Source: Promethearchaeota archaeon (lineage in GTDB: Archaea; Asgardarchaeota; Lokiarchaeia; Sigyniarchaeales; SOKP01). Taken from it: 62,373 nt of DNA. Below, one piece after another: positions 9,819-20,056 of this stretch (its first letter is position 1; each line of letters opens with the position of its first letter). The translations under genes were made by a program, and so were the position numbers. The notes under the pieces are model-generated. The model saw only the letters and a list, made by a program, of their open reading frames with translations, was not told the origin of the DNA and made no database searches. The stretch lies in NCBI GenBank assembly GCA_016839705.1, contig JAEOTR010000066.1:1-62373 (forward strand), written 5' to 3'.

Positions 9819-10853
9819 TCAAGTGGTCAACAAATCAAAAATTGTTTGAACGGTTACTTCAATATTAAAATTTGTTTTTACTGATGTAAAGATGAATTTC
9901 CAATTTCTATTCTGAATTTTATCTAAATCAAAATAAGATATAAGTTCATCTTTTAAGTTCTGGAGTTGGGAGCTATTATTACTATTGGGTTGCATGATTA
10001 AATCAATCTTATTTCCTAAAATCAATAAGGGAATACCGTTAAGTTCATCATTGTTTAATATTTTCCATAGTTCTTTCTTAGCTTCTTCAAATCTACGTTG
10101 ATTGGCAATATCTAACATATAAACTATGATATTGGAATCCTGAAGCCCAACAAGCCATTTACTTCGAAATAATTGCTGTCCAGGCATATCCCAGAATGCT
10201 AATAGCCCATCTTCTTCTGCTTGAATATATTGTATATCAAATTTTCTTGTGGGAGTGAAGTAATTATCGTTGAATTCTCCAGTTTTTAATCTTCGAACAA
10301 AACTTGATTTCCCAACTTCATCAATCCCAAATAGAAAGACTTTGAAGAAAGAATCTCCTTGAAAGTGGTATTCAATTTCAGGGGGTTTTTCTACTACCTC
10401 ATCCCCATATCTTCGAATATCAATAAAGATAGAAATCAGGAAATTATCAATTTCAGTATCATCTTCAATGAAATATCCTGGGTCTTTATGAAGTAATTCT
10501 GTCATTAATTCCTCAAAAACATCTTTATAGTCGTAAGGATTGTCTTCATTATCAAAGATTAAGCCAATAATGATGTTTTCATCTATACAACAGGTATACA
10601 TGTTGAGTTCATTAAGATACTGAGCAACGGGTCTATCCATAGTGTAGTGGTTTGAATTTTTACACAGTATCGTGCTGGTATTTGATAAGGAGGAATGATC
10701 TTCAGTAGAGTTTCCTTTATCATGACCTTTTATAATGTTATTTACTAGGATTTTGTTATCAATATTGATAATTTCTTTTGGATAACAATAAATGTTGAGA
10801 TCTTCCAGATCTTGAAGTCTTTTGCCCTTAAATAAAAATATGTTATGTAACAA
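9819..10853 (-). CDS. Arf-like small GTPase with N-terminal longin/uDENN-like domain
   Basis: GIDEVGKS, PT, WDMPGQ, NKID, TSVK; N-terminal 'IIIGLIFDNEDNPYDYK' region. Confidence 0.85.
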   Translation of the reverse strand: MLHNIFLFKGKRLQDLEDLNIYCYPKEIINIDNKILVNNIIKGHDKGNSTEDHSSLSNTSTILCKNSNHYTMDRPVAQYLNELNMYTCCIDENIIIGLIFDNEDNPYDYKDVFEELMTELLHKDPGYFIEDDTEIDNFLISIFIDIRRYGDEVVEKPPEIEYHFQGDSFFKVFLFGIDEVGKSSFVRRLKTGEFNDNYFTPTRKFDIQYIQAEEDGLLAFWDMPGQQLFRSKWLVGLQDSNIIVYMLDIANQRRFEEAKKELWKILNNDELNGIPLLILGNKIDLIMQPNSNNSSQLQNLKDELISYFDLDKIQNRNWKFIFTSVKTNFNIEVTVQTIFDLLTT

Positions 10854-11033
10854 TGAAATTTCCGAAACTCTTAATTCCTATATGTTTGAAAATAAAATTT
10901 ACTTAAAAAAAGTTTGGAATCTTGCTACTTTTGTATACTTTTAAAGTTTTCGGTTTAGTTAATAAAAGACATGTATCTTATTGTTATTTATAAATGAATT
11001 AAAAGGAAATTCAAAAAATTATAATGAAGGTAA

Positions 11034-12467
11034 TTAATCCTTTTTTTCTTCTTCAGATTCCTCTGAAGGTTGATCTATTGGTTCAAGATTTGGTTTATCT
11101 TCCGATGTTTCACTGTCATCTTCCTTCAATTCCTCTTTTTCCTCTGGAATTGGTTGTGGAATGGGTTCTGGTTCAGCTTTTGCACCTACGGGGGTTTCAC
11201 AAATAGGACATTTGCTCCATCCGGGTCTTAAAGTATAACCACATTTTGCACATTCATTCATATCCTTATCCGCTTCCCATTCAGGAATATCTAAACCACC
11301 TTGTCGTTTTCGGGCTAATTCCTGCAGATCTTCTTCAGTCCAAACTTCCATACCTTCCGGTAAACCGGTTCCACGTTCAGCAACAAACTTTTTCAGTTCT
11401 TCCTCAGACCATTCAGGCATACTTGGCTGAGATTCCATTCTTTTTTGTGCTTCGTTAGCTAGATCTTCAGCAGTCCATACTTTGAGTTCTTGACCTCCAG
11501 GGGTTCTCACCCCACCAGGTTGTTGAGCTGCTGTTTGTGCTGGGGCTGGTTGTGACTGAGTAGGGACATTACAACACTCAGCAGAAAATCTCAAGAGAGC
11601 TTCAAAACATACTGAGAACTGATTTGAATCTTTACCTTCATCAACAACTACTAATAAAGTTGTCTTATCGGCAGGTTGAGGAATTGCTATGCTGACCACA
11701 GCTACTTCTGAAGAAAGTCGATTTGATTCCATACTGGAAGTAACCCTCTCTAATGAATTTACGAGTTCATTATCTTTCATCAGAAAATCACAGATAGGAT
11801 CTCCATGTCTTTGATATCCTTCATGATATTTAGCGAGATGATTCCTAGTCATTATAGAATCAAAAGAATTAATAATAGCACTCACATAAGAGTAGATCTG
11901 TGTTTTCGGACCTTTTTCGGTTTCACCGAGTTTGTATCCTCCTAAATCAATGGTTCCCATTATGGGAGCGAATAAAGGTTTTTCCCCTTTCATTTTTCCA
12001 AAAATGGTTGGTCTTGATATTAGACATTTGATTTCTCCATAATAGGCAATGGCATTATCTATAAGCTCTACTTTCTTGTTGAAAATAATACGAGGAACTG
12101 TTCGAAATAAAACATCAACCCACGGCATTTCTTTTACAGGGATTATTACTATGCATGTTTTTTCAATTAGTTCTCGGAGTTTTTTAACGTATGGTTTTAA
12201 TTCTTTCTTAATATCATCGTATTGTTCGTTTTCTAATTCCTCTACTGCTCGTTTTTCGAGTTCTTTGAATTTTTCCTCATTTGCTTTTATGCTTCCCCCA
12301 AACGATTTTAAACTTCCGATAATATTATCTTTTAAAATAGCAGTTGCGTTATCAATCATTTGTTTCTGAAAGTTAGTAAGCTCCTGTTCTTCACTTGATA
12401 CTAAATAATCGTCAGGATCAAATTCTAATTTATTCACAAAAACTTGAAATAATTTCTGTTCTGACAA
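11034..12467 (-). CDS. Hypothetical protein with Trp-containing repeats, zinc ribbon and acidic tail
   Basis: Repeats VWTAEDL / EWSEEEL / VWTEEDL; CAKC..CPIC; TTG start. Confidence 0.8.
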   Translation of the reverse strand: MSEQKLFQVFVNKLEFDPDDYLVSSEEQELTNFQKQMIDNATAILKDNIIGSLKSFGGSIKANEEKFKELEKRAVEELENEQYDDIKKELKPYVKKLRELIEKTCIVIIPVKEMPWVDVLFRTVPRIIFNKKVELIDNAIAYYGEIKCLISRPTIFGKMKGEKPLFAPIMGTIDLGGYKLGETEKGPKTQIYSYVSAIINSFDSIMTRNHLAKYHEGYQRHGDPICDFLMKDNELVNSLERVTSSMESNRLSSEVAVVSIAIPQPADKTTLLVVVDEGKDSNQFSVCFEALLRFSAECCNVPTQSQPAPAQTAAQQPGGVRTPGGQELKVWTAEDLANEAQKRMESQPSMPEWSEEELKKFVAERGTGLPEGMEVWTEEDLQELARKRQGGLDIPEWEADKDMNECAKCGYTLRPGWSKCPICETPVGAKAEPEPIPQPIPEEKEELKEDDSETSEDKPNLEPIDQPSEESEEEKKD

Positions 12468-12548
12468 TTCCTATCCCTTTTAATTATCAATCATTTTGAT
12501 TAATTGATATTTATAAATATAATATATTACTACTTTAAAAATACAATC

Positions 12549-13601
12549 ATGAAAATCTCAACCAACTTAGAAGATAGGCAAGATAAGCATATTAAGGTAT
12601 GTTTTATTTCAAATATACCTGACTCCGTGAAAGGGTATATTTTAGACAATTTGAAATCCTTTGAAAATATTACAGTTTTATTTTCGACTAAAGCATCACA
12701 AAGAAGTTTATCAGATCTTATTAAAGATGCGGATATATTAATAGGGTGGCGACCCTCAGAGAAAATATTATCTGAGGCTTCAAAGATGAAGTTATTCATA
12801 AATCCTGGAGCAGGTATACAACATTTATTAGAGCTTTTTAGGAAAGAAAATGAAAAGAGGAAAGTTTTACTTATTAATGGGCATGGAAATTCTTATTTTG
12901 TAGCCCAACATGCTGTTGCTCTTTTATTAACACTTATGAATAAGACTATTCCTCATCACCAATGGATGCAACAAGGAAATTGGAGAACGGGAGATAACGA
13001 TGCAATATCTATACCACTACGATTCAAAAAAGTCGGCTTCCTTGGGTATGGCGCAATAAACCAGAAAATACACCGATTTCTGCAAGGATTTGATATTGAA
13101 TTTGCAATTTTAAGAAAACATTGGAATAAACAAACGTCATCTCTCCCTACTGAAGCAACGAAATTTGAGTTCTCTCAGCTTGCTGAGTTTTTAAAATTTA
13201 TTGATATCCTCTTTGTGGCAGTTCCACTAACATCCCTAACAAAAGCGTTAATAAAGAAAAAGGAGCTAGAGCTTTTAGGGAAGAATGGGTTAGTTATAAA
13301 TGTCGCTCGGGGTGATATAATTGACGAGAAGGGTCTCTATGATTCTCTCAAAGAAAATATTATAACAGGGGCAGCTATTGATGTTTGGTATGATTATACT
13401 CCTAAAAGTGATAATGAAGGAAGAAAATATCCGTTTCATTTACCTTTTCACAAACTTGAAAATATTATACTCTCACCACATCGAGGATATTCTCCTTTTA
13501 GTGATTTATTAAGATGGGATGAAGTAATTGAAAATATTAAGAGAATGGCTGTAGGTCGTACTGATTTTATCAACATTGTTAACTTGGATGAGGAATATTA
13601 A
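12549..13601 (+). CDS. D-isomer-specific 2-hydroxyacid dehydrogenase
   Basis: GYGAIN (variant GxGxxG), INVARG, AAIDVW, SPHRG; ATG at 12549 preferred over upstream TTG. Confidence 0.85.
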   Translation: MKISTNLEDRQDKHIKVCFISNIPDSVKGYILDNLKSFENITVLFSTKASQRSLSDLIKDADILIGWRPSEKILSEASKMKLFINPGAGIQHLLELFRKENEKRKVLLINGHGNSYFVAQHAVALLLTLMNKTIPHHQWMQQGNWRTGDNDAISIPLRFKKVGFLGYGAINQKIHRFLQGFDIEFAILRKHWNKQTSSLPTEATKFEFSQLAEFLKFIDILFVAVPLTSLTKALIKKKELELLGKNGLVINVARGDIIDEKGLYDSLKENIITGAAIDVWYDYTPKSDNEGRKYPFHLPFHKLENIILSPHRGYSPFSDLLRWDEVIENIKRMAVGRTDFINIVNLDEEY

Positions 13602-14061
13602 GTGGTGATGATAAATATATTGAGAAAAAGATCATCATAAATTTTAGGTGTTATCATATCAAATTGAATTTTTAATTAGATAATCACTTATTTGAATTGA
13701 AAATTTGTATAATATTATATAAAGAAATAAAAAATTTTTATTTATTTATTGAATTTCTCTTGAAAACTTTTGCTTTAATTTTAAGATATGTAAATATTTT
13801 TTAACCATATATATATAATAGTAAAACTATAAATATGTCTTTAAATTTGAGGGGTACAGCAATATTTAAAAAATTAATGCATTAATAAACATTTTGGTAT
13901 TGGAAAAACATGACAAAATAGTCTTGCTTTAAATATGTTAATGCGATAAAAAAAAATGTTTATATATTATCATATCATAAAAGATCATATAAAAAAAAAT
14001 TGTGGTTAAAGGCGATTGTTTTTAAAAAGGCTTTAGACAATATGCCGAATTTTAAATTTGA

Positions 14062-14367
14062 GTGAGGAGAAATAAGTTGAAGATAGTCACTGTTAACATT
14101 CCAGAATCTTACCTTGAGAGTATTGAGAGATTAATTGGGGAGAATGGATTATACCCATCTAGATCTGAACTTATCCGTTGTGCGGTTCGTGAATTTTTAA
14201 TTAAAGAGTTAAGAAGGGCAAACGAAATGATTAAATATAAAGAAGTTGAGATTGAGAAACTCGACGATAAGAACTTTGTCCGGGTGCCTATTGAGAAAAG
14301 GGATGAAAATAATGAACCTGTTCGAGAGTTCAAAACATATAAAATAGTTAAGAGACTCGAATATTAA
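14062..14367 (+). CDS. Ribbon-helix-helix (CopG/Arc/MetJ) transcriptional regulator
   Basis: IVTVNIPESYLESIERL...YPSRSELIRCAVREFL. Confidence 0.9.
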   Translation: MRRNKLKIVTVNIPESYLESIERLIGENGLYPSRSELIRCAVREFLIKELRRANEMIKYKEVEIEKLDDKNFVRVPIEKRDENNEPVREFKTYKIVKRLEY

Positions 14368-14544
14368 GATGTTCAATAGAGTTTTGAATTAGAGGAGACC
14401 AATCTTTCCACATTTATTTTTATTAGGTTTTTTTTTTTCTTTTTAATTTTGTTCCTTAATTAAGAGAATATTTCAGTAAGAAATAAATAAGATTATAGCA
14501 TTAAATTCTAAGGTATACTAAAGATTGTAATAAAACTAGAGGTA

Positions 14545-15834
14545 ATGTTCATTCCCCGCTCAAAGAAAGACTCGAATAAAGAAACGCATAAAACTAAATT
14601 TATGGAATGGGGGATTATCAATAAAGAAAATTGGGAAGGAAAAACAACTTTTGACTTACCAATTAAGCGATGGGACCCACTTTCAACAGTAAAGATTACT
14701 TCAGAAGATTTTGGTCTTCGAAAAGAGCAAATAAGGTATTATGGTCATTATTCATATATATCTCCGATACGAGGCACAAGACCCAAAGGGTTTAAAACAA
14801 TGGAAGAAGAAAAAGAATTCTATGACTGTTCAGAAAAAGCAATGAAAAAGCATCAGGATGTATTTTCTTCTGTAACTGCGGGAGAGCAAGTTTACGATGG
14901 GTGGGGAATGCCGATTGGTGATGGATTTACGATTATTATTTGTCAAGATGAGATGAGACGGGATAACCCTTTTTTAGAAATACCACACCAAATTGAGAAA
15001 GTTCCCGAGGCAAGTAAAGCCCTCACTTTAATTAATAGGTATCCTTCTATGTCACGTATTGTAGATCCTGAAGTTGAACTAGATATAAAGAATAAATTAC
15101 CTCCTCAATTGAAGCTTTCTAGGGGCATCAATTTAGTCACCATCTCAAGGCATTTTTATCCTTCTATGTGTTTTAAATTGATACCAACGGATGTGTTAGT
15201 TGGAATTTTTGTTTCAATGAAAGCTGCTATACTTTACTGTGTTGAAGAAGCAATTAATAATGATTATTACGATATTCCATGCATGCCATTTTTCAATATA
15301 GGGAAAAAGGTTGGCGGTTCTCAACCAAGAATTCACAGTCAAACGTATATTGATTTAAATATGGATGGTCATGGAAGCCGATTAGAAGGTTATCTCGAAG
15401 CTTTTAAAGAAATGGGAGACAACTGTCATCTGTGCCGAACTACTCATGGAGGTACAGACCGTATCATATTAAATACTGAATTTTGGACTTTTTACAATAC
15501 AGGAAGCCCTGTAAGAAATTATCACATCAGGTTCCATCCAATGGAGCATATTAGAAGATTTTCTCAATTAAAGATAAATCAAATCGAAGATCTCGCTTAT
15601 GCCCTTAAGATTATTTTTCAAGCTCTAGATGATATAGAGATAGACAAAAATCGTAACATTCTGTTTAATTGTTGTCCATATGGTTATGATGCAGATTTTC
15701 ATATGTTTGCTGATATTATCCCTCATGAAATTATTGGGGGTGCTGAAATGGCAGATGATATGAGGGTCGCTAGAAAATTACCACATATAGCTGCGGGGGA
15801 AATTCGAAAATCATTAGAAAAATATCTTAAATAA
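14545..15834 (+). CDS. GalT/HIT-superfamily nucleotidyltransferase (galactose-1-P uridylyltransferase/ADP-glucose phosphorylase-like)
   Basis: INRYPS, FFNIGKKVGGSQPRIHSQ (GalT HxHxQ region), CHLC. Confidence 0.7.
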   Translation: MFIPRSKKDSNKETHKTKFMEWGIINKENWEGKTTFDLPIKRWDPLSTVKITSEDFGLRKEQIRYYGHYSYISPIRGTRPKGFKTMEEEKEFYDCSEKAMKKHQDVFSSVTAGEQVYDGWGMPIGDGFTIIICQDEMRRDNPFLEIPHQIEKVPEASKALTLINRYPSMSRIVDPEVELDIKNKLPPQLKLSRGINLVTISRHFYPSMCFKLIPTDVLVGIFVSMKAAILYCVEEAINNDYYDIPCMPFFNIGKKVGGSQPRIHSQTYIDLNMDGHGSRLEGYLEAFKEMGDNCHLCRTTHGGTDRIILNTEFWTFYNTGSPVRNYHIRFHPMEHIRRFSQLKINQIEDLAYALKIIFQALDDIEIDKNRNILFNCCPYGYDADFHMFADIIPHEIIGGAEMADDMRVARKLPHIAAGEIRKSLEKYLK

Positions 15835-15968
15835 ATAACGTAAACCCGATGCCATAGAAGTTATAAATAATCAAAAACCGTATGCATACCATCTTCTTTT
15901 CCTTTTATTTAATAAGTTTTAAATTTCAATGAAAATTACATTTAAATCGACTAAAATTTAATTAATAA

Positions 15969-17144
15969 GTGATTTTTTTTTTTGAGAGATTCATTTTGAG
16001 AGACTGGTCTGCTATTATCCTTGCGGGTGGTAAAGGTAAGCGTTTGATGCCTTTGACCTCTTTAATTCCAAAACCGTTAGTTAAGGTAACCAACGTACCT
16101 ATGATAGACTATTCAATAGCACATTTGGTTTATGCAGATATTAAACACATTGTTGTCGCTTTAGCATATAAAGGAAATTTATTGAAAGATTACTTAAAAA
16201 AAACGTGGAGTCGTGATAGATTGGGGGATGTAGAACTAGAATATGAGATCCAAGATAGTAAAGGAACTGCAGATGCATACAGATTATTGACGAATTATGT
16301 TGATTCTAAGAACGTAGTTGTATCAATGGGTGATTTAGTCACTAATCTTCCGATGAAACAATTTATGACTTTCCACTCTAATAAGGATGGAATTGCCACT
16401 ATTTCAATGAAAACAGTTGAGAGTCATATTTCTCAATATGGGGTAGTCCTCTTAGATAAAAATCGTAAAATATACTTATTTTTAGAAAAGCCAGCTCCTA
16501 TGGAGTTATACGTGAGCAGTATGTCTCAAAGAGCAGATTTATTTCTTCACACCAATATTATTAATACAGGAATCTATTGTTTTAAGAAAGAGATCGATAG
16601 TATTCTTCATGAAACTAATATAATGGATTTTGGGGGAGAGGTATTTCCGTATCTGCTTGAAAACGGGTATAATCTTTATGGATTCGTTAAAAATTATTAT
16701 TGGATGGACGCAGGAAACTCTACAACATATTTATGGACAAATTGGGATCTATTACGAAAGTATGCATGGCCAATTTTACCGAATGGTGTAGATTATGATG
16801 GAATTTATGTTATGGGAGTAATTAATTCTGGACAAAATATAATCATTGATAAACCAACCTGTTTTGGAGAATTCGTTCAATTAGAAAATCGTGTACGAAT
16901 TAAAGAGCTCTCTTCAATTGGACAAAATGTTATAATTGGCGAAGATTCTATGATTGAAAAGAGTGTTTTATGGGATAACATAAAGATTGGAGCAGGGTGT
17001 ATTATTACAGAAAGTATAGTATGTAATGATTGTGATATCGGTGATAATGTTGTTTTAGAAAAAGCGGTAGTCGCCCCAAATTGTAAAATTAGTAGCAATT
17101 CTCAAATAAGAAACCAAGCTCTGGAATTAGGCTCAACTCGTTAA
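15969..17144 (+). CDS. NDP-sugar pyrophosphorylase with left-handed beta-helix C-terminus
   Basis: AIILAGGKGKRLMPLT..PKPL, GTADA, FLEKP, YWMDAG, hexapeptide repeats; exact start uncertain. Confidence 0.9.
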   Translation: MIFFFERFILRDWSAIILAGGKGKRLMPLTSLIPKPLVKVTNVPMIDYSIAHLVYADIKHIVVALAYKGNLLKDYLKKTWSRDRLGDVELEYEIQDSKGTADAYRLLTNYVDSKNVVVSMGDLVTNLPMKQFMTFHSNKDGIATISMKTVESHISQYGVVLLDKNRKIYLFLEKPAPMELYVSSMSQRADLFLHTNIINTGIYCFKKEIDSILHETNIMDFGGEVFPYLLENGYNLYGFVKNYYWMDAGNSTTYLWTNWDLLRKYAWPILPNGVDYDGIYVMGVINSGQNIIIDKPTCFGEFVQLENRVRIKELSSIGQNVIIGEDSMIEKSVLWDNIKIGAGCIITESIVCNDCDIGDNVVLEKAVVAPNCKISSNSQIRNQALELGSTR

Positions 17145-17227
17145 TTATGTTCGTGTATTAAAATGTAATATTTATATTTTGAAAAGTCATTTATATTAGT
17201 ATATACTAATATACTAGTTTTTTAAAA

Positions 17228-17662
17228 ATGCCATACTGTACAAATTGCGGATCTGAAATCGAAGATACTTGGAATATTTGCCCTAATTGTGGGAAAGATT
17301 TAAAAGAATTGCAAGCCCCTCAACAACAAACTATCTCACTAGTTCAACAACAGCCTCAACAAACACCACAACCATACCAAGCACAACCGTTTCAAAAAAC
17401 CTATTCTTCGAGTAGGGGAAATATTTTTGGAGCAGTAGCTTTAATTTGTGGCTTAATTGGTTTGATCAGTGCTTTCCTTTACTTTGGAATTGTTTTAGGA
17501 ATAATAGCGATTGTATTGGGGGGCATAGGATTAGGTAGAGATGATAATAATGGTATGGCCGTGATCGGGATAATTTTTGGAATTATTGATATTGTTCTTT
17601 TTGTTCTTGTATATCTCATCATATTTTCTTGGCTATCGTGGTTTCCATTTGGTCTTTGGTAG
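17228..17662 (+). CDS. Zinc-ribbon plus DUF4190-like membrane protein
   Basis: CTNC..CPNCG, Q/P-rich linker, C-terminal transmembrane helices. Confidence 0.75.
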   Translation: MPYCTNCGSEIEDTWNICPNCGKDLKELQAPQQQTISLVQQQPQQTPQPYQAQPFQKTYSSSRGNIFGAVALICGLIGLISAFLYFGIVLGIIAIVLGGIGLGRDDNNGMAVIGIIFGIIDIVLFVLVYLIIFSWLSWFPFGLW

Positions 17663-17869
17663 AATTTGGTTTCTTTCCAAATAAAAAAATAACAACTTGG
17701 AATTTGCTAAGGAGAGGTTTGAATTAGTAGCAACTTACCTTTTTTTTATTTTGTTATAATTTATTTAGGTAATTATTTTATGTGTTAGCTTAAATATTCA
17801 AGATAAGCAACTTGAATATTTTCATGAAATAGTTATTAATATTAGCTTATTTACATTTGTTTACTAACA

Positions 17870-19459
17870 ATGAGCATAGGTTATTTTGGTTTAGTTCTAC
17901 ATGGACATATTCCATGGTGTAAGAAGTCTGGCGTTTGGCCTGCAGGAGAAGAATGGCTCATGGAGGCTATGAATGAAACATACATTCCTATATTAAATGT
18001 TTTAAGAGAATTAAAAGAGAAGGGTATAAAGACAGCTATAACAATAAATATCACACCAATATTAGCAGAGCAGTTAGCAGATGAGTACATGAAACAGCGA
18101 TTTTCAGAATACATGGAGGACCGAATCTCAAGAGCAAAAAATGATATTAGAAGATTCGAAAACCATCCTGTACAGAAAACAATAGCAGAATTTCATTTAA
18201 AAAACTATGAACACGTTTTAGATACTTTTTATCATAATTATTATAGAGATATTTTAGGGTCCTTTAAATGGCTTCAAGATGAAGAGATGATTGAATTAAT
18301 AACATGTGGAGCAACCCACGGTTTTCTCCCTCTCTTTGAAAGTGATTCAGGAATTTTTTCTCAAATCCAATTAGCTGTTGACATACACAAGAAATATTTT
18401 AACCAAGAACCAAAAGGAATTTGGCTTCCTGAATGCGCTTATCGACCAGAAATTTACAACGATGGTAAATTTCGAGAAAGTGTTGAATATTGGTTAGATA
18501 ATTCTGGTCTTGAATATTTTTTTGTTGATTCCCATGGAATTATTGATGCCGAGATAATTCAGCAAAGAAATGAAATTGGTCTGAATACGAATTTTGGTTA
18601 TAATTTGCAAAATGGAATTTCGGTGCTTGGAAGAAATAAAACCATTAGTAAGCAAGTATGGGATGCAAAAATTGGTTACCCTGGAAATGAGTTTTACAGA
18701 GAATTTCATAAGAAAGATCACGAGTCTGGTTTACATTATCATCGAATAACAGATAAGTCGCTCTCTCATAATGAAAAAGATCTATATAACATAGAAATGG
18801 CAAACAACACAATTGAAACAGATGCTTCTCATTTTCTTTCACTAATAACAAAAGAATTAATTCAATTTTCAAAATTGTTTATCGATAAAGGTATTATTAT
18901 CGCTCCTTTTGATTTTGAATTGTTCGGGCATTGGTTTGCAGAAGGAATTAACTGGTTAAAATTAGTTATGGAAAGAATAAATAAACAAGATAACATCGAA
19001 ATGATTACGATTTCAGAATACATCTCTCAATATAAAGACAAATTTTCAATTATTAAAATGAGAGAAAGCAGCTGGGGGGAAGGCGGTGACTTTAGAGTTT
19101 GGAAGAATCCCGACCACGGTTGGATTTGGCCATATATTAACGGTTCTATAAGAGCGTTTGAAGAAATTTTAGAAAAAAATCCAACCCCGGATGAGTGGCA
19201 ATTGAGGATCCTGAAACAAATGGCTCGAGAATTATTGCTAATGGAAGGAAGTGATTGGCCTTTTCTTTTATATACAGAACAAGCAAAAGAGTACGCTAAC
19301 CAAAGGTTTCATCATCACCATCAAAGATTCCTTAAGTTGTTATGGTTTGCGAAAAATTTTAATGATAAAGATAGAATTAATTACAGTGAGTTAGAAGAAA
19401 TTGAGTTAATTGATTCTTGTTTTCAAGATATAAATATGGAATACTTTAAAAAAGGATAA
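17870..19459 (+). CDS. GH57 1,4-alpha-glucan branching enzyme (DUF1957)
   Basis: LHGHIPW, ETYIP, ATHGFLP, WLPECAY, PFDFELFGHWF, SSWGEGG, SDWPF. Confidence 0.92.
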   Translation: MSIGYFGLVLHGHIPWCKKSGVWPAGEEWLMEAMNETYIPILNVLRELKEKGIKTAITINITPILAEQLADEYMKQRFSEYMEDRISRAKNDIRRFENHPVQKTIAEFHLKNYEHVLDTFYHNYYRDILGSFKWLQDEEMIELITCGATHGFLPLFESDSGIFSQIQLAVDIHKKYFNQEPKGIWLPECAYRPEIYNDGKFRESVEYWLDNSGLEYFFVDSHGIIDAEIIQQRNEIGLNTNFGYNLQNGISVLGRNKTISKQVWDAKIGYPGNEFYREFHKKDHESGLHYHRITDKSLSHNEKDLYNIEMANNTIETDASHFLSLITKELIQFSKLFIDKGIIIAPFDFELFGHWFAEGINWLKLVMERINKQDNIEMITISEYISQYKDKFSIIKMRESSWGEGGDFRVWKNPDHGWIWPYINGSIRAFEEILEKNPTPDEWQLRILKQMARELLLMEGSDWPFLLYTEQAKEYANQRFHHHHQRFLKLLWFAKNFNDKDRINYSELEEIELIDSCFQDINMEYFKKG

Positions 19460-19506
19460 ACGCGGTTCTTCTTAATAACTAACAAACCTGTACCTAAGAA
19501 ATAATT

Positions 19507-19764
19507 TCAGTTAAACAAAGAGGGGTAAGATTTTTCAATAGCATTTGTAGTTTCTTCCAATACATTAAGTAATATATAATTATCATACACATCAGTATTT
19601 TCTAAAATGTAATTTAAAAGATCATTGGCAATTTTTTTATCAACCTGAGTAAACTTTTCCGTTTTTGATTTAAATAAAATTTCGAATTCTTCCTTAATCC
19701 ACTCCATTTCTACCACTAAATCTTCTTCCAAAATTTCATGATATTTTAAATTAGCATTCATCAA
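19507..19764 (-). CDS. Hypothetical acidic small protein
   Basis: ORF with GAGGT upstream. Confidence 0.6.
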   Translation of the reverse strand: MMNANLKYHEILEEDLVVEMEWIKEEFEILFKSKTEKFTQVDKKIANDLLNYILENTDVYDNYILLNVLEETTNAIEKSYPSLFN

Positions 19765-20056
19765 AATACCTCAACTCTTAACAATCTAATTAAAATTTCT
19801 CTTACCTTGAGTTTAAGGAATTGATTTGTATATATATAATTTTCGTAGACCGATATTTGAATCATTGATTAGCGAACATTAAGATTAGCATAATTGCAAT
19901 AACTTGGGGAAACCGTGCTTAAAGAGATTTCTTATAACCATATTCGCAAAGTCTTTTAAGTCAGAGAAACTTCTTATTTTTCATTAAAATTCATCCAATA
20001 ATGATTTATTAAAAATCTCATCTTAATTGATTAAGATTAAATTAAAATTAAGAAAA

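Noticed and set aside
16490-16555. Insertion of about 12 aa after LEKP in the NDP-sugar pyrophosphorylase as an in-frame intron
   Set aside because: No convincing BHB pairing found by hand; probably a protein loop.
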